Shown: piece by piece, positions 45,862 to 56,065 of the stretch | Layout: each line of letters opens with the position of its first letter | How positions within the stretch are numbered: the stretch's first letter is position 1 | Notes under the pieces: generated by a model | The model's database searches: none | What the model was told of the DNA's origin: nothing | Seen by the model: only the letters and a program-made list of their open reading frames with translations | Assembly (NCBI GenBank): GCA_036278915.1 | Contig: DASUKB010000001.1 | Span: 173,186 to 237,185, forward strand | Source of the DNA: Patescibacteria group bacterium | Lineage (GTDB): Bacteria; Patescibacteriota; Doudnabacteria; UBA920; O2-02-FULL-48-8 | Length of the DNA stretch: 64,000 nucleotides | Direction of reading: 5' to 3' | Program-made: the position numbers and the translations under genes

Positions 45862-46020
45862 CCAAAGGCCGCCAGGGGGGATCGATCGCAACCTTACGTG
45901 CTGGGAAACATGATAAGGTGCTCTGGCGGCCTCCACACTTACTTTCGGAGGAATCTACTTGGCCATTAGGCCGAACAACACAAAAGAACGGTTTCCACCT
46001 CGGAACCCGTTTTTGTTTTT
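45862..46020 (+). ncRNA. candidate structured RNA (~155 nt) ending in rho-independent terminator; unclassified
   Basis: Long-range stem GGCCGCCAG...CTGGCGGCC, inner stems CCTTA/TAAGG, CCTCC/GGAGG, GGCC-ATTA-GGCC. Terminator ACGGTTTCC-ACCTC-GGAACCCGT + TTTTGTTTTTG. Confidence 0.25.
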
Positions 46021-46107
46021 GTATAAAATGTGTATACTCCAGCAATAATTTAGGTGTTACACACTGAATGGATGATAATTCATTAATTAAATTTCTGAAA
46101 AAGTGAT

Positions 46108-46914
46108 ATGACTATAAAAAAATTAGCGCCAATTGTTGTGATAGTGGTAATTGCAATAGCAATTATTGGAGGATTAAATATAAATAAAAAAGGCCAGATC
46201 AGTACGAACCATGCCCAAAAACAACAACAACAAGATATTTACAAGGCCGCTGAACAAGCTCAATTACCACAACTCCAAGCAAAAACTAATATTATTCTTG
46301 CCGATGCCAAAGCTTCCTCTGATCTAAAGTTTGTTAAAGATGATACTACATCGGATGGAAAATCTGTAAAATGGTATTCATATACCGATAAATATGGAAG
46401 AAAAGTAAGCTATGCCTTGGGAGATGATGGTATCATTTGGGACTCAACAGCTAGTAGTTTAATCCAAGGAAATACAATCATCAATTCAGATGCTAACTCT
46501 GGTGTACCCTTGGGTTGGAAAATCTACTCGAATCCAGCTGGCTATCAGGTAGCATACCCGCCGGATTGGTTTATTTCTACCGTTACTCAGCCAAAAGCGG
46601 ATGATCTAAGCGAGCTCGTAATTCAACCGTATGAACCAGATTACGCCGAATCTCCTTACACGTTCCAAATATTCGTGAATTTAGAGCCATTAGAATATTT
46701 TACCAACCAACTTGGAGACAATAAAAACAATCTAAAAGATATTCAACTGAATGGGTATGAAGCCAAACAATTGTACTTAAATGGTTCTCCATCGGATTAT
46801 TATATTGAGAGAAATGGAAATACTTTTGTAGTAAGCTCAAATTATATAGGTGGAGATAACATCTCAAAAGAGGATACAGATAAAGTATTATCGAGTTTCA
46901 AATTCACACAGTAA
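46108..46914 (+). CDS. secreted/membrane-anchored WKxY...SFKF domain protein (paralog C, single domain)
   Basis: TM anchor IVVIVVIAIAIIGGL. Motif GWKIYSNPAGYQVAYPPDW. C-terminus LSSFKFTQ. Confidence 0.6.
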   Translation: MTIKKLAPIVVIVVIAIAIIGGLNINKKGQISTNHAQKQQQQDIYKAAEQAQLPQLQAKTNIILADAKASSDLKFVKDDTTSDGKSVKWYSYTDKYGRKVSYALGDDGIIWDSTASSLIQGNTIINSDANSGVPLGWKIYSNPAGYQVAYPPDWFISTVTQPKADDLSELVIQPYEPDYAESPYTFQIFVNLEPLEYFTNQLGDNKNNLKDIQLNGYEAKQLYLNGSPSDYYIERNGNTFVVSSNYIGGDNISKEDTDKVLSSFKFTQ

Positions 46915-46919
46915 AACAA

Positions 46920-46950
46920 AAACTGCCTAATTTTAGGCAGTTTTTTATTC
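46920..46950. terminator. bidirectional terminator between paralog C and dnaB
   Basis: AAAAACTGCCTAA-TTT-TAGGCAGTTTTTT. Confidence 0.6.
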
Positions 46951-48411
46951 CACGCCGATTTGGGCCATCATTACATCATCTGCGCTTGGGGTTTTGGCCA
47001 GGTTTTTGAAAGTTGTCTTTTCGCCATCAAAGTAGAGTTCAATTTCGCCAGTTGGGCCGTTGCGATGTTTGCGGATGAGAATTTCCGCCACGTGCGGTTT
47101 TTTGGAATCTTTACCCGTGTACATTTCATCGCGGTAGATAAACATAACCACGTCCGCGTCCTGTTCTATGGAGCCGGATTCGCGCAAATCCGAAAGCTGC
47201 GGCTTTTTGTCGCCCCCACGCTGCTCAACGGCGCGCGACAGCTGCGACAGGGCCAAAATCGGGATGTTCAATTCTTTGGCCAAAATTTTGAGCGAGCGGG
47301 AAATTTCCGAAACTTCCTGCACGCGGTTCTCGGTGGAATGCCCCTGCATCAGCTGCAAATAGTCTATGACGATAAGGTCTAAATCATGCTCGGACTGTAG
47401 TCGCCTGGCTTTGGTGCGCAGTTCCATTATATTGAGCGCGCCCTGATCGTCTATGAAGATTGGCGCTTCGGAAAGCCTGCCCAAGGCATGGCCGATCCGT
47501 TCAAAGTCGTTGTCCACGCCAACGTCAGAGAGCCTGCCGGTGCGCATTTTCCATAAATCCACGTCCGCCTCGGCCGCCAGCAAGCGGTCCACGAGCTGGT
47601 CTTTACTCATCTCCAGCGAAAACACGGCAACATTTTTCTTGTAATTGACAGCAGCGTTGCGGATAATGTCCAAAGCCAGGGAAGTTTTGCCCATGCTCGG
47701 TCGAGCAGCCAGGATTACCAGGTCGCTTTTTTGCAATCCGCCGAGTTTGCTGTCCAGGTCGTGGTAGCCGGTGGGCAGGCCGCGTAATTTGCCTTTTTCG
47801 CGGTGAAGCTCGTCCAAACGGTCAAACGTCTCGTGTAAAATCTCCGATAAGGGCACGAAATTTTGCTTCAGGTATGCTTGCGATACGGAAAAGAGTTTTT
47901 GTTCGGCGGAGTCAAGGAGTGTCTCCAAATCCGTGTCTTCCTGGTATCCCAAAGATACTATGTCTGTGGCCTGGGCAATGAGGCGCCGGAGTGTTCCTTT
48001 GCGGCGGACGATATTGGCATAGTGCAAGACGTGAGCAGCCGAAGGCACGGTGTTCACAAGTGTAGTCAGGTAAGATGCACCTCCGATTCTGTCCAAAGAC
48101 GCGCCTTCCTCCAGTTTATTAGACACGGTTAAAATGTCTATGGAAGCGCGTTCGTCGTAGAGCCGGACGATGGCCGAGTAGATAATCCGGTGTCTTTCCT
48201 CATAAAAATCGTTAGCCGAAAGGATATCTGCGATCTTTATGATGGCGTCGCGGTCCAAAATCAAAGACCCAAGCACGGATTGCTCAGCTTCCAATGATTG
48301 GGGCGGGATGCGGCCTGCCCAGGCGTCTACGACTTTGGTTTGTTGTTGTTTTGTTGCCACAGAGGTTTTAATTGGTATTGGCATTATGCCGACACTAAAA
48401 GGTTTATGCAA
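46945..48411 (-). CDS. dnaB: replicative DNA helicase DnaB
   Basis: 488 aa. N-terminal LPPQSLEAEQSVLGSLIL. Walker A GARPSMGKTS. RecA-like C-terminal domain. Confidence 0.9.
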   Translation of the reverse strand: MHKPFSVGIMPIPIKTSVATKQQQTKVVDAWAGRIPPQSLEAEQSVLGSLILDRDAIIKIADILSANDFYEERHRIIYSAIVRLYDERASIDILTVSNKLEEGASLDRIGGASYLTTLVNTVPSAAHVLHYANIVRRKGTLRRLIAQATDIVSLGYQEDTDLETLLDSAEQKLFSVSQAYLKQNFVPLSEILHETFDRLDELHREKGKLRGLPTGYHDLDSKLGGLQKSDLVILAARPSMGKTSLALDIIRNAAVNYKKNVAVFSLEMSKDQLVDRLLAAEADVDLWKMRTGRLSDVGVDNDFERIGHALGRLSEAPIFIDDQGALNIMELRTKARRLQSEHDLDLIVIDYLQLMQGHSTENRVQEVSEISRSLKILAKELNIPILALSQLSRAVEQRGGDKKPQLSDLRESGSIEQDADVVMFIYRDEMYTGKDSKKPHVAEILIRKHRNGPTGEIELYFDGEKTTFKNLAKTPSADDVMMAQIGVE

Positions 48412-48555
48412 AGGGGAAAAGTGGGAAAGGTGGGGAGAACAGGTTAAATAAAAAGACAGCCTTTTGCCGCCTTATTGATTACCATATGAATTATAGATTG
48501 TGAATTTTTGCGTGTCAAAAAAAGAGGCGGCGAACCAAACGGTCCGCCGCAAATG

Positions 48556-48717
48556 CTAGTACTTCGTCTCCGGGCCGTCCGGGTATGGCCCGCGCTTGAC
48601 TACCAACTCTGGGGCACGGAACAGCTTCGGGCCAATCTCGTTTTTGGCGGCCTTCTTTGCCGACTTTTTGAGTTTGGCCGCCGAGTTTTTCTGCTTCGGG
48701 CAGGGATCTTCGCACAT
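48556..48717 (-). CDS. unannotated 53-aa Lys-rich small protein with strong RBS
   Basis: GGAGGAATTCA-ATG. MCEDPCPKQKNSAAKLKKSAKKAAKNEIGPKLFRAPELVVKRGPYPDGPETKY. The ORF track shows a different frame here (48515-48715). Confidence 0.35.
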   Translation of the reverse strand: MCEDPCPKQKNSAAKLKKSAKKAAKNEIGPKLFRAPELVVKRGPYPDGPETKY

Positions 48718-48727
48718 TGAATTCCTC

Positions 48728-48901
48728 CTAATTCAAGTATGGCTTCCAATAGACTTCCGATTTTGCCGCACGCTCGCTGAGAAAATTTGTGGTGTTGTGG
48801 AGTTTGACCAGGTATTTTGCCCGGGCCAACAATCTGATCTGTCTGTTTATTTCTTTCACTTTCGCGATTCTACGTTCTTGATCAGTTACTTCTCGCTGCA
48901 T
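48728..48901 (-). CDS. unannotated 57-aa small protein with strong RBS
   Basis: ACGGAGGAACA-ATG, 20 nt downstream of cysS stop. MQREVTDQERRIAKVKEINRQIRLLARAKYLVKLHNTTNFLSERAAKSEVYWKPYLN. In-frame ATG subset of ORF-track 48728-48964. Confidence 0.35.
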   Translation of the reverse strand: MQREVTDQERRIAKVKEINRQIRLLARAKYLVKLHNTTNFLSERAAKSEVYWKPYLN

Positions 48902-48920
48902 TGTTCCTCCGTTGTATTGA

Positions 48921-50303
48921 TCAGAACTTCTTTTTGACGCGGAAGCCATCGGTCGTATCTTCAACGATGTAGCCGTTGCTCTCTATGGCGCGCCGTAGTT
49001 CGTCGGCTCGTACAAAATCCTGGGCTTTACGAGCCACTTCCCGGTCATCTATGAGGGTGCGCACGGTTTCCGGTATCACCTTGGCTGCGGTCCAAACTTC
49101 CTGCAACTTAAGGCCTAAGACTTTATCAAACCTAAAAAGCGTCGCCAGTTTGTCCGCAGACGGAAGTGCAGATTTTACCAGGTCCCAAAGTACCGCAATT
49201 GCCTGGGGCGTTTCCAAATCATTATTTATGGCGCCTTGAAACCTCTGTTCGTATTCAGATATCACTTTGCCTGCTGGATCGTAAGTTGAAATTTCGGAAT
49301 AGAGATTGTTGAGAGCGTTTTGGGCTGCTGTCAAAGACTCCCAGGTAAAATTAAGTTTGCTCCTATAGTGGGAGGTCAAAACGAGATACCGATACGCAAG
49401 CGGATTGAAGCCTTTGTCCACAACTGATTTGAGCGTAAGGAAATTTCCTTCGGATTTGGCCATTTTGCCGTTATCCAAAAGTAAGTGCTCGCCGTGGATC
49501 CAATAATTTACAAATTTTTTGTCAGTTGCGGCTTCAGACTGCGCGATCTCGTTGGTGTGGTGGGGAAATTTGAGGTCTATGCCGCCCGTGTGGATATCAA
49601 ACGGCTGGCCGAGGTATTCGGTGCTCATAGACGAGCACTCTATGTGCCAGCCCGGGAATCCGTCACCCCAGGGACTGGGCCATCGTAAAATGTGGTTTTG
49701 GTAGCGGCCGACGGCCTTAAACCAGAGCACAAAATCAATCGGGTTTTTTTTGGCAGGGTCAGCCACAACTTCCTGACGCGCGCCCAAAAGCATATCGTCC
49801 AGATTTTGCCCGGTGAGTTGGTTGTAGTCTGGGAATTTAGACACATCAAAATAAATAGCTTCATCTGACTCGTAAGCAAAGCCACGTTCAAAAAGCTTTT
49901 GGATGAGGGCTATGTGCTCTTGGATATGGTGGGAAGCTTTGGGATACTTATCTGCCGGCAGAATATTTAAGGCTTCTAGATCTTCGTAAAACGCTTGCTC
50001 GTATTTTTGCGCAATGGCTAAGACATCTTCGGCAGTGTGGGCGTTTTTTTCCATTTTATCTTCGCCTGTGTCGGCGTCCGATGTAAGATGGCCCACATCT
50101 GTAATGTTCATTACAAATTTCACATGGAATCCGTCAAAAAGAAGCGTACGATGGAGTATGTCGTTGAGGATCATCATCCTTAGATTTCCGATGTGGGCGT
50201 AATCGTAAACCGTAGGGCCGCAAGCGTAAAAACCCACTTCTTTGTCGTGGATTTGCCTAAATTCTTCAATTTTCCGAGACAGGGAATTATATAGCTTGAG
50301 CAT
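48921..50303 (-). CDS. cysS: cysteinyl-tRNA synthetase
   Basis: 460 aa. HIGH (YAHIGNLR) and KMSKS (GKMAKSEGN) motifs. Zn-binding Cys near N-terminus. Confidence 0.9.
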   Translation of the reverse strand: MLKLYNSLSRKIEEFRQIHDKEVGFYACGPTVYDYAHIGNLRMMILNDILHRTLLFDGFHVKFVMNITDVGHLTSDADTGEDKMEKNAHTAEDVLAIAQKYEQAFYEDLEALNILPADKYPKASHHIQEHIALIQKLFERGFAYESDEAIYFDVSKFPDYNQLTGQNLDDMLLGARQEVVADPAKKNPIDFVLWFKAVGRYQNHILRWPSPWGDGFPGWHIECSSMSTEYLGQPFDIHTGGIDLKFPHHTNEIAQSEAATDKKFVNYWIHGEHLLLDNGKMAKSEGNFLTLKSVVDKGFNPLAYRYLVLTSHYRSKLNFTWESLTAAQNALNNLYSEISTYDPAGKVISEYEQRFQGAINNDLETPQAIAVLWDLVKSALPSADKLATLFRFDKVLGLKLQEVWTAAKVIPETVRTLIDDREVARKAQDFVRADELRRAIESNGYIVEDTTDGFRVKKKF

Positions 50304-50362
50304 AGGGGTAAGTATAACAAAAACAGTGCTCCCGTCTACCTTACCATAAAATGTGGAGAAAT

Positions 50363-51295
50363 CTAAAGCCAGCGTTTGCGGCGGAAGTATACGAGCAGGC
50401 CCACTACCATAACAATCATAAGCGTGAGCAAGATCACAAAAAACTGCACGTCGTCGGCTATATGAAAATATTTTTCTATCGTCACGCGGTCAAAGAAAAT
50501 CATAAAGTCCGTAATAAACGTCAAAATAGACACCACCACGGACACAATGGTGAGGACTTTCAAAATATCTTCTATCTGATGGCTGGCCAGGGTTTGATTT
50601 GTCCCTTCGTAGGATTCCACGGATTCTTTGTCGGAGGCGAGCATATCCCAAATATTTTCCGCAGTCTCAATGAGATTTTGGAAATAAGCTTTGGAATCCT
50701 TGAACATTATGTAGTCGCGCTTGCTGCGCGAAAGTTTGCCGAGGATGAATTTATGCATCTTCATAATTCGGCGGTAGACGATGATATTTTTTTTCAGCTG
50801 CGATAGCTTGTGCGGAGTCGTAATGTCGATTTCAAACGCGTCGCGGCCAGCCTGCACAATTTCACGGTTGAGATTGTCCAAAATAGGGAAACTGCGCTTA
50901 AACAGCAATTCCAGGATTGAAAACAGCAGGTATCCGGAATTGGCGCCCATGTATTGATTGCGGACATTGTCATACTGCGAGATGTTTTTCGTGAGATTGA
51001 CCAAGGTTTTCATAGACCCGTCGTGGACCGTGACTAGATAATCTTTTCCTAGGAAAAAATCAACTTCGGCCGGGCGAATTTCACGTTTGACTTTATCCGA
51101 GAATGGGAAGAGCAAAATCAAAAAGTGATAGCTGTCATATTCGTCTATCTTGGCGCGGGCGGACGAACCGACTACGTCTTCAAAGTCCAGCGGATGAAAG
51201 CGGAAGTTTTCTTTGAGGTAGAGGATGTCCGACTCGTCGGGGTTGACTATGTCTACCCACTTAAGATTTTTGGTATGGATAATTTTTAGGGCCAT
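50363..51295 (-). CDS. CorA-family divalent cation transporter, divergent (no canonical GMN)
   Basis: N-terminal VDIVNPDESDILYLKENFRFHPLDFEDV typical of CorA. Two C-terminal TMs. The loop where YGMNF normally sits reads DFMIFFD. Confidence 0.7.
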   Translation of the reverse strand: MALKIIHTKNLKWVDIVNPDESDILYLKENFRFHPLDFEDVVGSSARAKIDEYDSYHFLILLFPFSDKVKREIRPAEVDFFLGKDYLVTVHDGSMKTLVNLTKNISQYDNVRNQYMGANSGYLLFSILELLFKRSFPILDNLNREIVQAGRDAFEIDITTPHKLSQLKKNIIVYRRIMKMHKFILGKLSRSKRDYIMFKDSKAYFQNLIETAENIWDMLASDKESVESYEGTNQTLASHQIEDILKVLTIVSVVVSILTFITDFMIFFDRVTIEKYFHIADDVQFFVILLTLMIVMVVGLLVYFRRKRWL

Positions 51296-51451
51296 GTTTT
51301 GAGCCTTTTTGTTTCTACGAATGTACGAAAAGACGAACCTACGAACTAAGTATATTAAACCATAGATTAACCAAGAATCAAAGTTTTGTACTTTTGGAAT
51401 TTGGTATTTCCGCAGTAGCGCGACTAGAGGAGGGTAAGATATTGTCGCGCT

Positions 51452-51841
51452 GTGGATTTGTCAAAAAAGATATCTGTATGTTATAATTCGGTTACGTTTG
51501 AAAGCCAATTTGATAAAAAAATCAAAGAAATTACAATTGTGGACAAAATTATAAGTCCCGAAATCCGAAGTTTTCTGGAAAAACTCCTAAGCGACAAAAA
51601 AATCAACGCCACGGGAGAATTGAAGGACCAAATGGTTTCGGATCTCAACGACCGCTTGGAAGTCCGATTCAACCAACTCGTCATAGAGCACCTTTCTATA
51701 CAGGAACTGGATGCCTTAGCAGAGGTGGCCGAGGAGGGACCCGAAGCCGTACAACAATTTTTGCGCAAAAATATCAAAAACATTGATGCGCTTTTTGCCG
51801 AGGCTATGCAGCAATTTGCGCAAGCTTATCTAGAGGGATAA
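51452..51841 (+). CDS. small acidic helical protein (chaperone-like?), translationally coupled to giant protein; true start probably 51539 or 51632
   Basis: Stop TAA abuts ATG of 51842 (taaATG). GAAGGA SD 4 nt before ATG 51632. Confidence 0.45.
   Translation: MDLSKKISVCYNSVTFESQFDKKIKEITIVDKIISPEIRSFLEKLLSDKKINATGELKDQMVSDLNDRLEVRFNQLVIEHLSIQELDALAEVAEEGPEAVQQFLRKNIKNIDALFAEAMQQFAQAYLEG
51458..51487 (+). promoter_or_regulatory. sigma70-like promoter TTGTCA-18-TGtTATAAT heading the giant-protein/T4CP module
   Basis: ORF-track GTG start 51452 lies inside this promoter, so translation probably starts downstream (GTG 51539 or SD-preceded ATG 51632). Confidence 0.4.
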
Positions 51842-54800
51842 ATGTCCGAACAAGAACCATTTAACGGCATGAAAATTCCAGGATACGAACAATCTCCTCA
51901 AGCAGAGGAGCCAGTTCAACATCCAGAAGAAAAACCACAGCGGACATATAATCGGGTAGATCTTTACCAAACGGGCTTCCGTAACGGGTTAAGCGCGGAA
52001 ACAATGGATCAATATCCGGATAACCACGAACTTGCAAAATTAATTGGCACTAAAATTGAAAACCGTCAAAAAAATTCTGATTCTGAAAAATTAAAAGATA
52101 AAGTCCGAGATATTTTACATTCACAGATGAAGCGAGATGGCCACACCAAGCCAATCCAACCTTCCGGCAATCGGGTTGATATGAAATTGCATACTGTTAC
52201 AGAAGATCAGATTTCGGGTTTAGATGAAACAGAGAGAGCAGCGCTTGAGGGTAAATTTACAAAACTTCCAAGCATCCAGAGGAATTGGAAGGGTGACCCG
52301 AAAATATATAAGCAATATCCGAATTTCGGCTTGGATAAATATGAAGAAAATCAGCTGACTTCACGGTTGAAACACCAGTCCGAGCCAACTACTCCTGGCA
52401 TTCCTCCTGTACCAGATGAAAACATCCGGGATCGTGAACCTATGACCGAACGACAAGCTGAACGTATCTTTTTGGGCAAAACGCAAGAGGAGCGGGAAGC
52501 GGAAAATCTTTTCCGTGCCCAAGAATCAAAGCCGGAGAAACAGCCCACGGCAAACCATGATTTGCTTATGCGCGCGGGCAGAAAATTGTACCTGGATTTG
52601 GACTTGCCTGAAAGATTTGCGGAACTGGATGCGATGGATGACGCAGAACTCAAGACTTTGCTTTTGACTTACTACGGCAACGATGCCGAGTATGTCCAAG
52701 CCTTGTCTGATGCTGAAAAGTTATCGGATGACGACGTCAAAATACTAGGCTTAGAACTTAATCGTTCTCATGGATCTGCGAGTTTGGAAAAAGAAAAAAA
52801 AGAAGGAGGTCGGCGCAAACTTTTTGCCTCGGAACTCTCTGACTACATAGATGCCTACGCCAGGCAGGAGGCTAAGCGGCAATGGCAGAAATTATACGAA
52901 AAATCCGGATTCTTCCGCCGCGTCCAGCTTCACTTGGGCGAAAACTATTATGTAGACGTAAAACTTTACAACGAGATCCGGGAGAATATTGAAAAAAATA
53001 AAACCCTCACAACTTTGCTCAAGACCCGGATAGCAGGAAAGGACGTGGAGATTGGCCGCACGGACGATGAAAGTTATCGCCTGCTGGACGCAATTTTGGA
53101 AGCATACGAAAACGATTTAGGTCTGAAGGAAAACGAAAAGGCCAAGAAAGTGGAGGATGAAAAGTTTGATTCAGGACTCTCCGTTATCATTGTGCAAGCA
53201 GTCAAGCACGACTGGGACCGCAAACAATTCAACGAAGAATTAAATTTGCTTTTGGGCAGCACATATAGATCGCAAAACGCCAAGGCTTCCATTCACGAAG
53301 GCCATGTGTTTGCGTTTTCCGATATTTACCAGTATGTGGAGCAGTACAAATCCCAGATTAAAGATCTGGTGGAAAAGTACGGGCCGGAGGCTGGCGAGCA
53401 CATCAATGGCCTTATGGGCGTGGATTTGTATCTTGGGAAAATTGATGCGGACATCCGCAAGGACCCCAGAAAGGCTGCCTGGATCGATAAATTGCCCGCA
53501 GGACTTCAGAGCAGCAGAGTTTTTGGTCTCATAGCCAACCCGGCTGTGTTTGGGTCGGCTACAGCCATGATTGGGCGAGGCTTTGCCAAGGGTAAATTGA
53601 GTAAAGCACTTACTACAGCCACGGCAGCCGCCATGCTGCCTACTACTGCAAGTCTCTGGGTACCTATGGTTGCCGCTGCTGCCGTGGGTGGATTATATAC
53701 GGGCTTGCGGCGCAATAAAGAAATTTCGGAAGACTGGAATTCGGAATTAAAGGAGCAGGCCATGGGCCGCGTGGCAGGCGGAGCGCGCAATGAAAAAATC
53801 CGGAAGTTTATGCTGGATATGGAAGATGCAAACGTTTCGGCGCAGAAACTTTCGGCAATTACAAACGCGGACGATGCTTCCAAAAGATTAGTGGCAGAAA
53901 TTTACGCAAGGCTAGATATAGAAAACGCCGGAGGTCAGGAAATGTTCCGCGCATCCGAGAAAAACGCGGATCTTTCCAGCCGCCGCGCGGATATGAACAA
54001 ATTATATTTGGCACTGCGGCAGTTGGAAGGAAAACCCGGCTTTGCCAGAACGGACCTGGCAGCTCTTATAGACGAACAAACAAAAAGCTTCCGCACTGAA
54101 ATGAAAAGCCGCGAAACTGCACTAAGAGATTTTCGCGCGGGCCAGAATTTGCGCGCCGCGGTCCAGGGCGCACTCACAAGCATTGCGGGGTCCATCATAA
54201 CGCAAGAAGCTATTTATTGGGGCAAAGAAGGGCTGAATTTGCTGGGTTCAAATTTCACGCCTGGCGATACCCTGGCGCATATGGGCGGCAGGAAGCTTAT
54301 AACTGGCGAGTGGCATAAGCATTTCTTGGGTCCGCTTTCGCACGAAAACGTTATAAGTTTTTCCCATGGCGTGGAAGTACATCTCGACTCCCCGGAAGGT
54401 TTTGGCATAGAACCCAATTCCGATGGCACTATAAATTACCTTTACCATGGCGAGCATATAGCAGATCATTTGGCGTTGGCACAAGACGGACATGGCCTGT
54501 CGGATACAGCCAAAAAGATTCTGACCGACAAAGGTTTTCATATCCATGAAAGCGCTGCTCGCACTGTGATTTCGCAAACCACGGCTCATGAAATCGTTCG
54601 CGGACAGATGCCGCAGGCAACTTTGGAAAATCTCAAACAAAAGTACGCGGATGCCAATTGGGGCGTGCATCACCGGCTGGACTGGCACCACCAAGGACCA
54701 CAGGAAAGTTCGTTCTTCAACAAAATTATAGAACACCCGGGCAAAGAGCAGATGGAATATCTAAATTTTGACGCGAACGGACATGTGGTGGTGGACGCTC

Positions 54801-56032
54801 ATAAAATTGTAGAAAACTTTGCGCAAAATTTACGCGACGACAATAAAGATTTGTTTATCAATCCTGACGGGTCTGTGGATGCCAAAATGCGTGGGCTTTA
54901 TAAGCAACTGTTCGAGTGGCAGCAGAAAGGCGAGTTGGGCAAGCATATCCACGCGGTGGTTTTGCCAGACAAGCATTCAAGCTTGAGCGCCGTATTTGTC
55001 GGTAACGCCGACGGAAAAATTACATTGTCCGAATCTTTGTCCAAACTTGTGAATCCGGATCATTTGGCGGACGGGAAACTTCCATACACCATAGAACTGC
55101 GCTTGGATGACGGCCACGTGCTGGCTACGGCTTCCGGCGGCAATGGAATGTTTGAACAAAGCGTTTCTGAAATAACTAAACACGTGCCTCATACTCTGGA
55201 AATTTACGATACATCTATCATACCGCCTGTGAGTGGGTACATGAATCCATTTTTGGCTACTCCTATGGCCAAACGCTACCCGCTCAAAACCGCGAGCGTG
55301 GGAGGGGGCAGAACAGTTGCGGCAGAACCGATTCTTGTGCCAAGTCAATCGTCAGAAATTGAGATTCCGCAAGCAGAATCGGAAACCGCAGCGACAAAAG
55401 ATTTGGGTGAAACCCTGCACGCAGAACCTATAAAGTCTGGGGTACGAATAGTAGACGAAGCGCCTTTGCGCGCGGCTGAACCAGAGCAAATTGACCTGCC
55501 GGAGGATATGCACATTCAGCCGACAGAGCACATTGAGCGCGGCAAAGATAAAAAACGCAAAATCTTTTTGCGTGGAGAAAGAATTAAATCCAATTCGGGG
55601 ACAATTTATGAAGCAATTATCGATGCCCTTAAGGTCTTGCCGCACATCCGCACCAAGGCCAATTTGGAAAAACTACTTACCGCGCAATTCAGAATTTTGG
55701 CCTCAAAAGACGGTTATGATTCTACAAAACAAAATTTCGGAAACTATTTAAAAAGAGATTATGGCCTTGAACCGGACGACTTCAAAGTTAGCCGCAGCAA
55801 AGATCATTTCTACGTTAAACTGGATGCCAAGGCCGAATTAGTGCCGCTGCTGCGGACATTCCAAGCCAACAAAGATGTGCAGGAAAAATTGTACTATGAG
55901 TTCAAGAATATGCAGTCCGACGTCAAAGAGCATAAATTGCCGAGATTTCGGGTTAATCTTTTGGAGAATATGATACGGAAGATGTCGGGCCGGAGTACGA
56001 ATGAAGACGAAGACGGTAAACCCAAACCTTGA
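51842..56032 (+). CDS. giant 1396-aa protein: charged/low-complexity N-terminal half, central TM hairpin, His-rich C-terminal half; hypothetical
   Basis: Single uninterrupted ORF. Hydrophobic segments VFGLIANPAVFGSATAMIGRGF and AMLPTTASLWVPMVAAAAVGGLY near residues 556-630. No recognisable enzymatic motif. Confidence 0.7.
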   Translation: MSEQEPFNGMKIPGYEQSPQAEEPVQHPEEKPQRTYNRVDLYQTGFRNGLSAETMDQYPDNHELAKLIGTKIENRQKNSDSEKLKDKVRDILHSQMKRDGHTKPIQPSGNRVDMKLHTVTEDQISGLDETERAALEGKFTKLPSIQRNWKGDPKIYKQYPNFGLDKYEENQLTSRLKHQSEPTTPGIPPVPDENIRDREPMTERQAERIFLGKTQEEREAENLFRAQESKPEKQPTANHDLLMRAGRKLYLDLDLPERFAELDAMDDAELKTLLLTYYGNDAEYVQALSDAEKLSDDDVKILGLELNRSHGSASLEKEKKEGGRRKLFASELSDYIDAYARQEAKRQWQKLYEKSGFFRRVQLHLGENYYVDVKLYNEIRENIEKNKTLTTLLKTRIAGKDVEIGRTDDESYRLLDAILEAYENDLGLKENEKAKKVEDEKFDSGLSVIIVQAVKHDWDRKQFNEELNLLLGSTYRSQNAKASIHEGHVFAFSDIYQYVEQYKSQIKDLVEKYGPEAGEHINGLMGVDLYLGKIDADIRKDPRKAAWIDKLPAGLQSSRVFGLIANPAVFGSATAMIGRGFAKGKLSKALTTATAAAMLPTTASLWVPMVAAAAVGGLYTGLRRNKEISEDWNSELKEQAMGRVAGGARNEKIRKFMLDMEDANVSAQKLSAITNADDASKRLVAEIYARLDIENAGGQEMFRASEKNADLSSRRADMNKLYLALRQLEGKPGFARTDLAALIDEQTKSFRTEMKSRETALRDFRAGQNLRAAVQGALTSIAGSIITQEAIYWGKEGLNLLGSNFTPGDTLAHMGGRKLITGEWHKHFLGPLSHENVISFSHGVEVHLDSPEGFGIEPNSDGTINYLYHGEHIADHLALAQDGHGLSDTAKKILTDKGFHIHESAARTVISQTTAHEIVRGQMPQATLENLKQKYADANWGVHHRLDWHHQGPQESSFFNKIIEHPGKEQMEYLNFDANGHVVVDAHKIVENFAQNLRDDNKDLFINPDGSVDAKMRGLYKQLFEWQQKGELGKHIHAVVLPDKHSSLSAVFVGNADGKITLSESLSKLVNPDHLADGKLPYTIELRLDDGHVLATASGGNGMFEQSVSEITKHVPHTLEIYDTSIIPPVSGYMNPFLATPMAKRYPLKTASVGGGRTVAAEPILVPSQSSEIEIPQAESETAATKDLGETLHAEPIKSGVRIVDEAPLRAAEPEQIDLPEDMHIQPTEHIERGKDKKRKIFLRGERIKSNSGTIYEAIIDALKVLPHIRTKANLEKLLTAQFRILASKDGYDSTKQNFGNYLKRDYGLEPDDFKVSRSKDHFYVKLDAKAELVPLLRTFQANKDVQEKLYYEFKNMQSDVKEHKLPRFRVNLLENMIRKMSGRSTNEDEDGKPKP

Positions 56033-56065
56033 TTTAAACTTAAAATTAATCTATACTTAGCTGCT

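Noticed and set aside
45862-46020. Tried to assign the structured GC-rich segment to SRP RNA, tmRNA, RNase P RNA, 6S RNA or c-di-AMP riboswitch
   Set aside because: None of the conserved motifs I can recall for those families are present. Left as an unclassified candidate ncRNA at low confidence.
50351-50806. 151-aa plus-strand ORF overlapping corA-like gene
   Set aside because: Antisense to a gene with a clear CorA N-domain. His/Asn-rich improbable composition.
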